A stretch of 64,000 nucleotides of DNA from Spirochaetota bacterium (GTDB lineage Bacteria > Spirochaetota > UBA4802 > UBA5550). The notes below the pieces were generated by a model. The model had not been told where the DNA came from and made no database searches. It was given only the letters and a program-made list of their open reading frames with translations. The position numbers were made by a program, and so were the translations under genes. Position 1 is the stretch's first letter, and the number at the start of each line of letters is the position of its first letter. Below are positions 38,896-48,309 of this stretch, piece after piece. The DNA lies in assembly GCA_963663865.1 (NCBI GenBank), contig OY760686.1:672001-736000 (forward strand), given 5' to 3'.

Positions 38896-39282
38896 TTAGA
38901 GATAATCGATCTTATCTGCGAATTTGTCAACAAAAGGTATGGGAAAATTTCTTTTTTTGATCATTGAAGCCGTAGCAGCCGCGCAAAGAGCGAAATAAAG
39001 AAATTCCACAGCATAAACCGCAATAACAGCTGTCAGCTTGAGTATCCTTGATTCAATTCCAATGAATATGAAAGAAATGCCGAGAACAAGAAGGACGGCC
39101 GCAAAAAAAGCCGACATAACAAAGGCACGTCTGACATGAAAAATGAGTTCCCTGTCCTCTCGCCTGAAAGCCGCTGCGGGCCACCATCCGATAAAAGGAA
39201 AGTAGACGCCATAATGCGGAGCGTTCTTCAGAATGATGCGGACGCTCTGGTTTATCTGGTTTAATTTAGCTGTGAGGGCCAT
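38896..39282 (-). CDS. Small membrane protein (DUF4870-like)
   Basis: 128 aa, three hydrophobic segments, PFIGW..FHVRRA..PIPFV pattern. Confidence 0.6.
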   Translation of the reverse strand: MALTAKLNQINQSVRIILKNAPHYGVYFPFIGWWPAAAFRREDRELIFHVRRAFVMSAFFAAVLLVLGISFIFIGIESRILKLTAVIAVYAVEFLYFALCAAATASMIKKRNFPIPFVDKFADKIDYL

Positions 39283-39318
39283 CTTTTCCGGTTGTTAACA
39301 TTTTTTTCAGCTACCATT

Positions 39319-39406
39319 CGGAGAGGGGGGGATTCGAACCCCCGGTGCCAGTAATAGGCACTTTTGCTTAGCAGGCAAACCCCTTCGGCCTCTCGGGCAC
39401 CTCTCC
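39319..39406 (-). tRNA. tRNA-Ser (GCT)
   Basis: Acceptor GGAGAGG/CCTCTCC, TTTGC-CT-GCT-AA-GCAAA, long variable arm, GGTTCGAATCC. Confidence 0.97.
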
Positions 39407-39442
39407 AGAATTATCAGGCAGACTGATCGAAAAGAATCGATG

Positions 39443-39526
39443 CGGAAAGTGAGGGATTCGAACCCCCGGAGCTTTTGGCTCAACGGTTTTCAAGACCGCC
39501 TCCATCGACCACTCGGACAACTTTCC
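39443..39526 (-). tRNA. tRNA-Ser (TGA)
   Basis: Acceptor GGAAAGT/ACTTTCC, GCGGT-CT-TGA-AA-ACCGT, long variable arm, GGTTCGAATCC. Confidence 0.97.
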
Positions 39527-39533
39527 GTGAACT

Positions 39534-39561
39534 AACCTAATTGGTGTATGCTCCCTGTCAA
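39534..39561 (-). promoter_or_regulatory. Sigma70-like promoter of the tRNA cluster
   Basis: TTGACA-16 nt-TAGGTT ending 7 nt before tRNA-Ser(TGA), with an AT-rich upstream tract. Confidence 0.55.
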
Positions 39562-39596
39562 ATAAAAAAATTCCGAGAGGCGGTTTAATAATCAGA

Positions 39597-40469
39597 TCAG
39601 CTCCGGGCGCCGCCAACAATCTCAGTGCCGATTCCCGCGTCGGTAAAAATCTCGAGAAGTACGGCATGCTCAATTCGGCCGTCAATAATATGGGCCTTGT
39701 GGACGCCTCCTGAAACGGCTTCAACGCAGCAGTTGACCTTTGGAATCATTCCGCCGACAATCTCACCCGAGTTGATGAGCCCGCCGACATCCCCCGCCTC
39801 TATCGTTGAAACGAGGGAACCTTTGACCTTGACGCCTTCAACGTCAGTAAGCAGAATCAGCTTCTCTGCTTTCAGAGCTTCAGCGATCTTTCCAGCTGCT
39901 GTGTCCGCGTTGATATTGTAGGTGTTGCCGTGCTCGTCTCCGCCGATTGGAGCTATGACTGGAATGAAGTTCCTCGCTTTCAAAGTTTCGAGTATCTCGG
40001 GATTGACGGACTTGACTGAACCAACATGGCCTATGTCGATCTTTTCACCATTTTCGTAGTGATACATCTTCTCAGCGCAGATCAGAGAGCCGTCTTTTCC
40101 GGACAGGCCGGCGGCCTTTCCGCCCATGACGTTGATGCTGCTCACAATGCCCTTGTTTACCGTGCCGGTAAGGACCATCTCGACAATTTCCATTGTCTCG
40201 TCGTCTGTAACCCTCATCCCTCCGGCAAACTCGCTTTTCATCCCGAGCTTTTCAATGAGCTTTCCTATCTGAGGCCCGCCTCCGTGAACTATTACAGGAT
40301 TTATTCCAACGTACTTCATGAGAAGTATATCTCCCGCGAAGGAACGGCACAGCCTGTCATCCTTCATGGCATGGCCGCCGTACTTAATAACAACGGTCTT
40401 TCCCGAGAACTCCTGAATGTACGGGAACGATTCCATGAGGGTGTTAACTTTTTCGATGTATTTGATCAT
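39597..40469 (-). CDS. argB: Acetylglutamate kinase
   Basis: [49 protein letters not shown]. Confidence 0.98.
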   Translation of the reverse strand: MIKYIEKVNTLMESFPYIQEFSGKTVVIKYGGHAMKDDRLCRSFAGDILLMKYVGINPVIVHGGGPQIGKLIEKLGMKSEFAGGMRVTDDETMEIVEMVLTGTVNKGIVSSINVMGGKAAGLSGKDGSLICAEKMYHYENGEKIDIGHVGSVKSVNPEILETLKARNFIPVIAPIGGDEHGNTYNINADTAAGKIAEALKAEKLILLTDVEGVKVKGSLVSTIEAGDVGGLINSGEIVGGMIPKVNCCVEAVSGGVHKAHIIDGRIEHAVLLEIFTDAGIGTEIVGGARS

Positions 40470-40740
40470 AGCACGGCTCCAGTACGATGGTATTAAGCAT
40501 GGATGTCCGCTAAAGCCTTAAGCATCGACGCGTGACTATTAGCAGAGTTCACGCAAAACTAAAGAAACGGTACGGTCAGAGTCAATAAGAAAACGTCTGA
40601 TGAAGAGCTTTATCCCCCCCAAACAAAAGAGGAGAAATTGAGCCCATCCCGGAAACCGAATGTGAAGCCTGGATGATAAACTGCTTGCGCGGCCGGGCAT
40701 TGCCGGTATTGATGCAAAAAGCTTCGAGAGGAGAATGCGG

Positions 40741-41346
40741 ATGAAAAGGGTTTTACTGCTGCTTGCCGAAGGTTTTGAAATGATAGAGGCAGGCGCGTTT
40801 ATCGATGTGTTCGGATGGAACAGCAGTTTCGGCAGCGTTCCGGTTGATCTGAAGCTCTGCGGAACAGCGGGCGTTGTCCGCTCAGCGTTTGGGGTCGAGA
40901 TAAAGGCCGAGCTGACGATTGACTGTGTCTGTGCCTCTGACTTTGACGCCCTTGCCGTGCCGGGAGGTTTCGGCACATACGGATTTTACGCCGACGCGCA
41001 TTCGCACGACTTCACAGGTCTGATTCGTGAGTTCGGCAGGTTGAACAGACCTATAGCATCTGTCTGTACCGGGTCAATCCCCCTGGCTAAAAGCGGCATA
41101 TTGAACGGAAGAAGGGCGACTTCGTATGGGCTCAATGCCGGTAAAAGCCTGAAGCGGCTTGAGCGCCTTGGCGCCGTTCCCGTCGATGAGCGGATTGTCG
41201 TTGACGGCGGCATCATAACTTCACAGTATCCGTCAACGGCCTTCGATACGGCCTTTCTGCTTCTTAAGGCGCTTACGGGAACAGATAACGCTTCACATAT
41301 CAGGGAGCTCATGGGGTTTCAGGCCGCAGGCATTAAAGGTTTATAA
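40741..41346 (+). CDS. DJ-1/PfpI (ThiJ) family protein
   Basis: GFEMIE, FDALAVPGG, IASVCTG catalytic Cys, IITSQ. Confidence 0.92.
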   Translation: MKRVLLLLAEGFEMIEAGAFIDVFGWNSSFGSVPVDLKLCGTAGVVRSAFGVEIKAELTIDCVCASDFDALAVPGGFGTYGFYADAHSHDFTGLIREFGRLNRPIASVCTGSIPLAKSGILNGRRATSYGLNAGKSLKRLERLGAVPVDERIVVDGGIITSQYPSTAFDTAFLLLKALTGTDNASHIRELMGFQAAGIKGL

Positions 41347-41530
41347 TTTATTCACAACGCTGTCCGCGTTTTTTTTTATATTTACCGCGGTTCAGTCTTT
41401 TTTTTGGCGGGGGGATAATGACTTTTTCAAGTACTCCGTTTGAACGCGGGGCGGGGGCTCTCTCCTCTCCGTAAAAAAGGATGCCTTATAGGAATTGAGA
41501 TTGATTAGTGAGCGCATTGATGTATGCTTG

Positions 41531-41560
41531 TTGACAGCTTTTAGTCTGTATGATAATAAT
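41531..41560 (+). promoter_or_regulatory. Putative sigma70 promoter of mgsA
   Basis: Perfect TTGACA at 41531 followed 17-18 nt later by TAATAAT, then AGAGG RBS. Confidence 0.5.
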
Positions 41561-41574
41561 ATAGAGAGGAAAAA

Positions 41575-42048
41575 ATGAAACCAGTAAAAAGAATAGCCCT
41601 TGTGGCGCACGACAATAGAAAGAAAGACCTGGTTGAGTGGGTCGAGTGGAACTACGCTGAGCTTTTAAGCCATGACCTGATCTGTACCGGTACAACCGGA
41701 AGGCTTGTAGAGGAGGCTCTGTATGAAAGGTGTTCAGCGGACAATGTGCCGTTTAAATCGAAGCTTACCCGCCTGAAGTCCGGGCCTCTCGGCGGCGATC
41801 AGCAGCTCGGTGCCCTTATCGCGGAAGGCAAAATTGACATGATGATCTTTTTCTGGGACCCCATGCAGGCGCAACCTCACGATGTCGACGTAAAGGCGCT
41901 GCTCAGGATTGCCGCGGTTTACAACATTCCGATGGCAACAAACAGATCAACAGCTGATTTTATTATTTCTTCACCTCTGATCGGCAAGGAATACAAGCCG
42001 GAGTTGAAGGATTATGCTTCATACATTACGCGCAAGCTGCCGTCCTGA
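41575..42048 (+). CDS. mgsA: Methylglyoxal synthase
   Basis: IALVAHD, TGTTG, SGPLGGDQQLG, FFWDP..QPHDVDVKALLR. Confidence 0.98.
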   Translation: MKPVKRIALVAHDNRKKDLVEWVEWNYAELLSHDLICTGTTGRLVEEALYERCSADNVPFKSKLTRLKSGPLGGDQQLGALIAEGKIDMMIFFWDPMQAQPHDVDVKALLRIAAVYNIPMATNRSTADFIISSPLIGKEYKPELKDYASYITRKLPS

Positions 42049-42085
42049 AAAATAGCGGGGAAGTGCCCGCGCGGAGGGGAACGCA

Positions 42086-43465
42086 ATGGTACAGTTCAGA
42101 GGATATGAGGAACTCATCTCAAAGGTCTATGACGCTGAGAACGGCCACGTCTTTACATTCTGGGATGAGCTCAGCGAAAAGGAGAAGCTTACTCTGCTGG
42201 CTGACCTTGAGAAGGTCGACTTCAGGGAGATAACACGTCTGATGTCAGGCGACCTGTACGCCGACGAGCAGGAGTTCTCGCCGGCGCCGGGCATTACTCT
42301 TGCTGAAAGCGGGCCTTTCGCCAGCCGGTCTGAGGCCTTCACGGCCGGTGAGGAGTACATCGCTTCCGGACGAGTAGCGGCATTTGTCGTAGCAGGAGGC
42401 CAGGGCAGCCGTCTGGGATTTGACGGGCCCAAGGGTATGTTTCCGGCCGGCCCGGTCAGCGGCAGCACGCTTTTTGAGATATTTGCGGCCGGCATAAAGA
42501 AATCTTCTGAAAAATACGGCGTTGTGATTCCCTGGCTTATAATGACTTCGATGGAAAACCGGAGCGATATTGAAAGTTACTTCAGTGAGAATGACTATTT
42601 CGGCCTTGGCAAATCAAATATCTACATGTTCTCTCAGAAGCAGGTTCCTTCTCTTACCCTGGACGGGAAGCTTATTCTTGCTTCGAAAAACAGCCTTTTC
42701 AGGAACCCCGACGGGCATGGAGGAAGTCTGACCGCACTCAGGGATTCAGGGCTGCTTGATGAGCTGAAGTCGAGAGGAATTGATACTATTTCATACTTCC
42801 AGGTGGACAATCCTCTGGTTCGTGTAATTGATCCTTTCTTTATCGGACTTCATGCCGGGTCGGGGGCAGAGGTCTCAAGCAAGTATATTGAAAAAACCGA
42901 TCCTGACGAGAAAGTGGGAATATTCGTAAGGTTCTCACGCGGCCGTGCCGGGGTCGTTGAGTATTCAGACCTGACACCGGAAAGCGCCGTTGCCGTGGGC
43001 GAAGACGGAAGGCTCCTATACTGTGCCGCTAATATTGCCGTTCATCTTTTTGACAGAAAGTTTATTGAGAGAATAACCTCAGAGGGAGACGCGGGACTGA
43101 AGTATCACAGGGCAGCCAAAATAATTGAGTGCCTTCAGCCGGACGGCTCTATAGCGGAAATAAAAGGCTACAAGTTCGAGAAGTTCGTTTTCGACGCGCT
43201 TCCTTTAACAGATAAAAACCTTCTCGTTGAAACGGTACGGGAAGAGGAATTTGCCCCGATAAAGAACGCTGACGGTAAAGACTCGCCGGCATCGTCTCGC
43301 AAGCTGATGACCGGCCTTCACCGGCAATGGCTCCAGAAGAGGGGAATCGTCATACCTGCGGGGGTCAGGGAGATAGAGATATCACCTCTCCTGGCAGCAG
43401 GGCCGGAGGACATTGACCCGTCGCTTCAGCTTCCCGATCAGGAGAAGGTCTATATCAGGCCCTGA
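42086..43465 (+). CDS. UDPGP type 1 family nucleotidyltransferase (eukaryote-type UDP-GlcNAc pyrophosphorylase-like)
   Basis: AGGQGSRLG..PKG, PDGHGG, QVDNPL, VVEYSD, KFEKFVFD, FAPIKNA. Confidence 0.93.
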   Translation: MVQFRGYEELISKVYDAENGHVFTFWDELSEKEKLTLLADLEKVDFREITRLMSGDLYADEQEFSPAPGITLAESGPFASRSEAFTAGEEYIASGRVAAFVVAGGQGSRLGFDGPKGMFPAGPVSGSTLFEIFAAGIKKSSEKYGVVIPWLIMTSMENRSDIESYFSENDYFGLGKSNIYMFSQKQVPSLTLDGKLILASKNSLFRNPDGHGGSLTALRDSGLLDELKSRGIDTISYFQVDNPLVRVIDPFFIGLHAGSGAEVSSKYIEKTDPDEKVGIFVRFSRGRAGVVEYSDLTPESAVAVGEDGRLLYCAANIAVHLFDRKFIERITSEGDAGLKYHRAAKIIECLQPDGSIAEIKGYKFEKFVFDALPLTDKNLLVETVREEEFAPIKNADGKDSPASSRKLMTGLHRQWLQKRGIVIPAGVREIEISPLLAAGPEDIDPSLQLPDQEKVYIRP

Positions 43466-43511
43466 GCTGTGTTGAGCTAATATACCTGACGGGTTTGCCG
43501 TCAATCCAATG

Positions 43512-44147
43512 TCAGCTGAATCCCATGAGCTTGTGTAGCTGGATGTTAAGTCTCACTGGGAGCCCGTCCTCAAGAATGCCGGACACGAGCCTCGAACAGT
43601 CCATCATCCCGAAGACGGGAGAGACATTTAATACGCAGGGCGGTTCAGGTAAAAAACGGTTAATAAAGTCCCTGACAAACAGGTAATCCTCTTCGGTACC
43701 GACTACGAATTTAAGCTCATCGTGAGATGTGAGTTCAGTGAGGTTTTCATGAAGGAACGAGCCGGCTTCCATGCTGGATGGGCATTTAACATCGACTATT
43801 CTTCGGCAGTCCCTGCTTAGCCGCTTAATGGGAAGGCTGCCGTTTGTTTCAACCTGTACTGAATAGACTGCGGCTACAAGCCGGTGTACAAGCTCCGGCG
43901 TGTCATCCTGAAAAAGAGGTTCACCACCAGTGACGGTGACGTGATGGAAGGGCTGAAGCTTTTGCACCTCGCCGAGTATTTCCTCGATCTCCATGAAGGA
44001 GCCGCTGCCCCGATCGCGCGCCCTCTCAGTGTCGCAGTAGGCACAGCGCAGGTTGCATCCGGCAAGCCTTATGAACACTGAGGGGAAACCTGCGGTAGTG
44101 GTTTCCCCCTGGAGTGAACGGAATATTTCATTTATCTCAATAGACAT
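43512..44147 (-). CDS. queE: 7-carboxy-7-deazaguanine synthase (radical SAM)
   Basis: EIFRSLQGE, FIRLAGCNLRCAYCDT, TGGEPL, ETNGS, DVKCPSS, QLHK. Confidence 0.9.
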   Translation of the reverse strand: MSIEINEIFRSLQGETTTAGFPSVFIRLAGCNLRCAYCDTERARDRGSGSFMEIEEILGEVQKLQPFHHVTVTGGEPLFQDDTPELVHRLVAAVYSVQVETNGSLPIKRLSRDCRRIVDVKCPSSMEAGSFLHENLTELTSHDELKFVVGTEEDYLFVRDFINRFLPEPPCVLNVSPVFGMMDCSRLVSGILEDGLPVRLNIQLHKLMGFS

Positions 44148-44148
44148 A

Positions 44149-45558
44149 TTAAAAAAGAGTGCGGTAGTTGACGAAAGTCTTTTCCCCTTTCTTAATCTCA
44201 ACATTCTCAGTCTCTGTGCGTATTACATTGCCGTTAACGCCAACAAAGTTAAGTGTTAATGAGTGTTTTCCCGGCGGCAGGAAGATGCGCTCAAGCTGCA
44301 GGTTCGCCGGGAGAGTGTGCCAGCACCTCAGGTCGGGCTTTATCTGTGAGATAAGGGCGGCGGCTGTTCCGGCGCCTGCCGCGGCTCCTATGAGTCCCGA
44401 AAAGGCCTTGAGATAATCGTTGTCTGTGCTTTCAGCTATAGCTTTTGCCGCCATTCCGGCCGCTACTGATGCCGCCGCCTTGGCTACGACGCCCGCTGCA
44501 ACCTTTGCGTAGAGCCTGTTGTAGTCATCACGCAGGTTGTTGACTGCGGTGGTTTCAATATCCTCAAGGAGCAGAGTGTTCCCGAGAACACGTCCGTTTC
44601 CGTCGGTCAGTCTGATGCTTCTGACCTGGTTTGAGCGGCGGACGAATTTTGGTATGGGATTTTCCGCCTTACGCAGCGCAGCTGCAACGGCGGCTATGGT
44701 GACCCCGGCCTGGAGATTTTTTGTTCTGAGAGCTATGTTTATTGCCTTCGACATGTTGGCGTCACTCATAAGGTTCCCGCGTGATTGTTTGACGGCACCG
44801 CGGCCCGCCTGGTATATTACTATCAGCTCACCGCTGTCCGCATTGATGTTGTCTTTCCTGCCAAACCTTTTGATCCACGCCGCGTAATCGTCGTTGTAGC
44901 GGAGTTTTTTTGCTATGCGCTGAAGGTCTCGGTGGACGGGGCTCAGACCGGGGGCGAGAGCGAGTATCTGCTTGTACTCAACATACGCGTAATCCCAGGC
45001 GCTGTCGTCTTTCTCGATATCGCCAGTGAGTTCGTAGGCAATGGCCGTGAGGTACTTTGCCATTATGTTCTGCTTGTACTGCCTGCCTGACTCCTTGCCT
45101 ATGCGGGCCAGCTCATCGTTTACCTTCTTGAACTCGACGCGGGCGCTCTCCGAATTTTTCATGATAAGGAAGTTTATTCCAAGATACATGTGGACGAGCA
45201 CCCTTTCGAAGTCTTCGCCCTTGTAATTGGTGGAGGTTTCGTTAATGAACAGCGACGCTGCCTGCCTTGTTACGCTTGTTGCCGCATTGTCGGTTATCTG
45301 TGCGGCGGCCAGAAACACTTCCGCGCTCTTGTCATATTCTTCAGCTGTGTGAAGCATGAGCCCTGCTTCCATGAGGAAGAGGAGCTGGTCTTTCCCTTTT
45401 TCGTTAATGAGCGGGAGGAAATGCCTTGCCGCCCCTGAGGGATCGCCTGAGTAGTATTTCCTCTCCGGCTCTTTTATCAGCTGCGGATAGTTCGCGGAGG
45501 AGCAGGCTATAAAAGCTCCTGTAAGTAAAGTAAGGAATGCTGCCGCGATTTTTTTCAT
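44149..45558 (-). CDS. COG3014-like TPR lipoprotein
   Basis: Lipobox FIAC; YKGEDFE, ARVEF, DLRCWHTLP motifs. Confidence 0.75.
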   Translation of the reverse strand: MKKIAAAFLTLLTGAFIACSSANYPQLIKEPERKYYSGDPSGAARHFLPLINEKGKDQLLFLMEAGLMLHTAEEYDKSAEVFLAAAQITDNAATSVTRQAASLFINETSTNYKGEDFERVLVHMYLGINFLIMKNSESARVEFKKVNDELARIGKESGRQYKQNIMAKYLTAIAYELTGDIEKDDSAWDYAYVEYKQILALAPGLSPVHRDLQRIAKKLRYNDDYAAWIKRFGRKDNINADSGELIVIYQAGRGAVKQSRGNLMSDANMSKAINIALRTKNLQAGVTIAAVAAALRKAENPIPKFVRRSNQVRSIRLTDGNGRVLGNTLLLEDIETTAVNNLRDDYNRLYAKVAAGVVAKAAASVAAGMAAKAIAESTDNDYLKAFSGLIGAAAGAGTAAALISQIKPDLRCWHTLPANLQLERIFLPPGKHSLTLNFVGVNGNVIRTETENVEIKKGEKTFVNYRTLF

Positions 45559-45705
45559 TTGATTACCTCAAGTCGATTAATGTCTGTTGGCTGAAAGCTG
45601 TCTTCCGGGTCCCCCTGTAGCGGCGGCCGATTCAGCTTTCTTTACGAGTCATGAGCTGTGCTATGCTCTGCTATTACGGCATTGGCCGCAAATAGTCATA
45701 TGATA

Positions 45706-46479
45706 TCAGAAAAATGTTCCGATAGAGATTGCCGCTCTCTTGTGCGTGTAGTTGAGTTCTTCTTCAAAGTCATTAACTATCTTTCCCTTGGTTACGGTGT
45801 AAGATATCTCAAACTGAATACCATAGAGGTAGACCCCGGCAGCCAGGCCGTAGTGGAAGCCTCCCTCTCCGTCTGAATAGGTCTCGTCGTTGACTGTCAG
45901 GGACGAAACGGCATTGTAACCTGCTAAAAATGAGACATAGGGGCTTATCTCTGAAGAGGAGAAGTATATCTTTCCGCCCAGATAAATCGGCATGTAAACC
46001 AGTTCATAGGAGTATGATATTTCACTGTATTCCTGCTTGTCCATTACTATATCGAGCCCTATTATTATTGAGAAATAGGAACTCGCGGGTAATAGCAGTT
46101 CGAGTCCGCAGTTCCAGGAGTATCCGTCGGTGTTCTCTGTATAGTTGGTGCCGGTGTCGGCGTTTTCGAAGGCATTGGAGTATCCGTATCCGAGTTTGAC
46201 GCCGAAGGTCCCCTTTCTCGCTGAAGATGAGCCTGTCGTGGAGGCCGTGTTCGAACGGGCTGTTCTTTGCCTCTTAATTCGTTGTTCCCGGGCGGTATCG
46301 GCCGGTGATGTGGAAGAGGACCCCGGGCTGTCAGGAGTTTCCTGAAAGGCGGTATCTCCCTCTTTTTCGTAGGTTCGGTCGACAGGAATTGTCGGATCGG
46401 CAAAGAACCTCGCGTACTGTTCGCCGCACAGGGACAGAGTTATAGCGAGAGCAAGCAGAGTAATTCGGAATTTCTTCAT
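45706..46479 (-). CDS. Small outer-membrane beta-barrel protein with Ser/Thr-rich N-terminal linker
   Basis: GGGGAG RBS; signal peptide; FGVKLG, MPIYLGGK, ISPYV, terminal FF. Confidence 0.7.
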   Translation of the reverse strand: MKKFRITLLALAITLSLCGEQYARFFADPTIPVDRTYEKEGDTAFQETPDSPGSSSTSPADTAREQRIKRQRTARSNTASTTGSSSARKGTFGVKLGYGYSNAFENADTGTNYTENTDGYSWNCGLELLLPASSYFSIIIGLDIVMDKQEYSEISYSYELVYMPIYLGGKIYFSSSEISPYVSFLAGYNAVSSLTVNDETYSDGEGGFHYGLAAGVYLYGIQFEISYTVTKGKIVNDFEEELNYTHKRAAISIGTFF

Positions 46480-46967
46480 TTTATCTCCCCGGTAATTATC
46501 TTGCGTCAAAATGGAGTGTCGATTCTATCTAAACCGGATGAATGCGTCAATTAGTTTTTAGCCCGGCTGTGCTGTGAATATAATTGAGAGCCTGAATGAG
46601 AATTGGACTCTGTTGATTCTATTCTGTTAAGTTTGGACATTAACAATCTCGATTGCCAGGATTAAAAAGTTATATAAATATAACATATATACAAATTATA
46701 ACAAAAAGATAGATGGCTTAAATTTAACCAGCTATTAGTTCTTCTTCACATGCATGAATATAGTTCCCAGAGCATCAATTGATTATTTTGATGCATTTTT
46801 TCAAAAAAAAGTCGTGAAATAGTCCTCCCTTGTCGGGGAGGACGACAGGTATTGAGTTGATATGGTAAGAATAGATCGCATGAGAGTTTTATTTGATTCT
46901 CCTGGGGGAGAGGATTATTATATTTGGGTTCATGGGAATAAAATGCTGGTTGGTGGTTTAACGTATT

Positions 46968-48209
46968 ATGCTACCTAAATTAAATCATTACGATTCCCTT
47001 CCTGGGGTTGTTGTAAACCCGGCGTGTGCGATTGTAATCGGCAATGAGTATTTTGAAATATCAATCAGGCACATTACAGTTGATGCGGGAATAAGAGTAC
47101 TCTCCAAGGTTTTTTCTCGCTCTGCAGGTGTTCCCGGGGACATCGAAAAATGGCTGTGTTTAAATATGGTCAAAGATGTGGCAATACAGGGAGACGGAAA
47201 CAGCTGGAGGATGATCTGTGATAGACTTGAGAATTCCTTTTCTCTTCATCTTACTCACTGCAACGATCTTTTACCGATGGTCGGATTTAACCTACATAAA
47301 AATGAATCAGAAAAAATAGCCGAGCTTCTCCAGTATGGTCTTTTAAAGACAAAATTTATTCCTGACCGATTTACCCGAGAACTTCAGGACATGACGAGAA
47401 TGAGGGAGGAGATAATAGAAAGAATTTCCATGTTGAAATGCAGGATTAGGCTGATTCTGGAGGAAAGTGGAATTTCTCCTTCTCTACTCAGGAGTTTTAA
47501 AGGGATGCTGGATGGGAAAAACAGCGGTTTATATCAAGATGAAAAAGGTTTCACCAAAATTGTTAACTCCAGCTCTGTTTCTGAAAATAAAAAACTAATT
47601 CTGAATATATATGCTTCTGATTTGAGCAAGGCGGAAATGAGTTTTAATCAGATTTCAAACTCAATTGCTGTAATGGACAGGAAATACAGCAATTATATTA
47701 CAAGACTTATAGAAATACCTGGTCTTATAAAAAGATATGCTGAGCGAATAGTGGCTGAAACAGGGACCAATTATGAATGTTTTGACTCATATGAGGATTT
47801 GTTAACCTGGGCTGGTATGGTTCCTTTTTTAGACAATAAAAATTCTAAAAAGGATACTGGGAAAATAGGCAAAAGCGGGAGAGAGTGGTTCAAACGGGCA
47901 ATTACTGATTCTGCGATTGGAGTTGTGAATGCTGGTAGCAGAACTATTTCAGGTAAGTATAAGGAACTCCTTCATAAGTATGGGGTTAGGAAGTCAATGC
48001 TATTTATGGAACAGGCCATTGTATATCTGGTTTTCCGGATTATCAAAGAGGGCAAGAGATATCATGAACTTGAAAAGGATATTCAATCTTCTTTTTTCTT
48101 AAACCAGTCTTCGGGATCAGTCCAGTTGAAAGATGGAAAAGCTTTAGCGGCGCCCTGTCTTGGAAATAAAATCAATTTTAACGAAACCTGGAGGCCGGAT
48201 AGTGATTAA
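46968..48209 (+). CDS. IS110-family transposase/recombinase homologue with catalytic residues apparently lost
   Basis: IAELLQYGLLK..FIP, RELQDMTRMR, IPG..AERIVAETG, F....L.TWAGMVP, GKRYHEL match the IS110 scaffold; DEDD and Ser positions substituted. Confidence 0.8.
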   Translation: MLPKLNHYDSLPGVVVNPACAIVIGNEYFEISIRHITVDAGIRVLSKVFSRSAGVPGDIEKWLCLNMVKDVAIQGDGNSWRMICDRLENSFSLHLTHCNDLLPMVGFNLHKNESEKIAELLQYGLLKTKFIPDRFTRELQDMTRMREEIIERISMLKCRIRLILEESGISPSLLRSFKGMLDGKNSGLYQDEKGFTKIVNSSSVSENKKLILNIYASDLSKAEMSFNQISNSIAVMDRKYSNYITRLIEIPGLIKRYAERIVAETGTNYECFDSYEDLLTWAGMVPFLDNKNSKKDTGKIGKSGREWFKRAITDSAIGVVNAGSRTISGKYKELLHKYGVRKSMLFMEQAIVYLVFRIIKEGKRYHELEKDIQSSFFLNQSSGSVQLKDGKALAAPCLGNKINFNETWRPDSD

Positions 48210-48309
48210 TTTCTATAAACTTGGGAATTATCAATATGGAGTTATCTTCGTTTCTGAATTGATTTTATCAAATATTTTTATAATCTATTTTAGGAGGAGG
48301 ATTTTTTTG

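Noticed and set aside
38621-38960. Short ORFs 38621-38899, 38745-38960, 38751-38933
   Set aside because: They overlap tRNA-Arg and its hairpin.
39368-39724. 118-aa ORF
   Set aside because: Overlaps both tRNA-Ser genes and argB.
40470-40560. Riboswitch or leader upstream of argB
   Set aside because: Only a short GCGTGA/TCACGC stem; no recognisable aptamer consensus.
45580-45640. Structured RNA upstream of the COG3014-like gene
   Set aside because: GC-rich with weak pairing but no known family motif.
46968-48209. Active IS110 insertion sequence
   Set aside because: Catalytic residues appear absent and no element ends could be defined; not annotated as a mobile element.
48160-48309. Extended N-terminus of the first GH3 overlapping the IS110-like ORF
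   Set aside because: Strong AGGAGG RBS and lipoprotein signal begin at ATG 48310.
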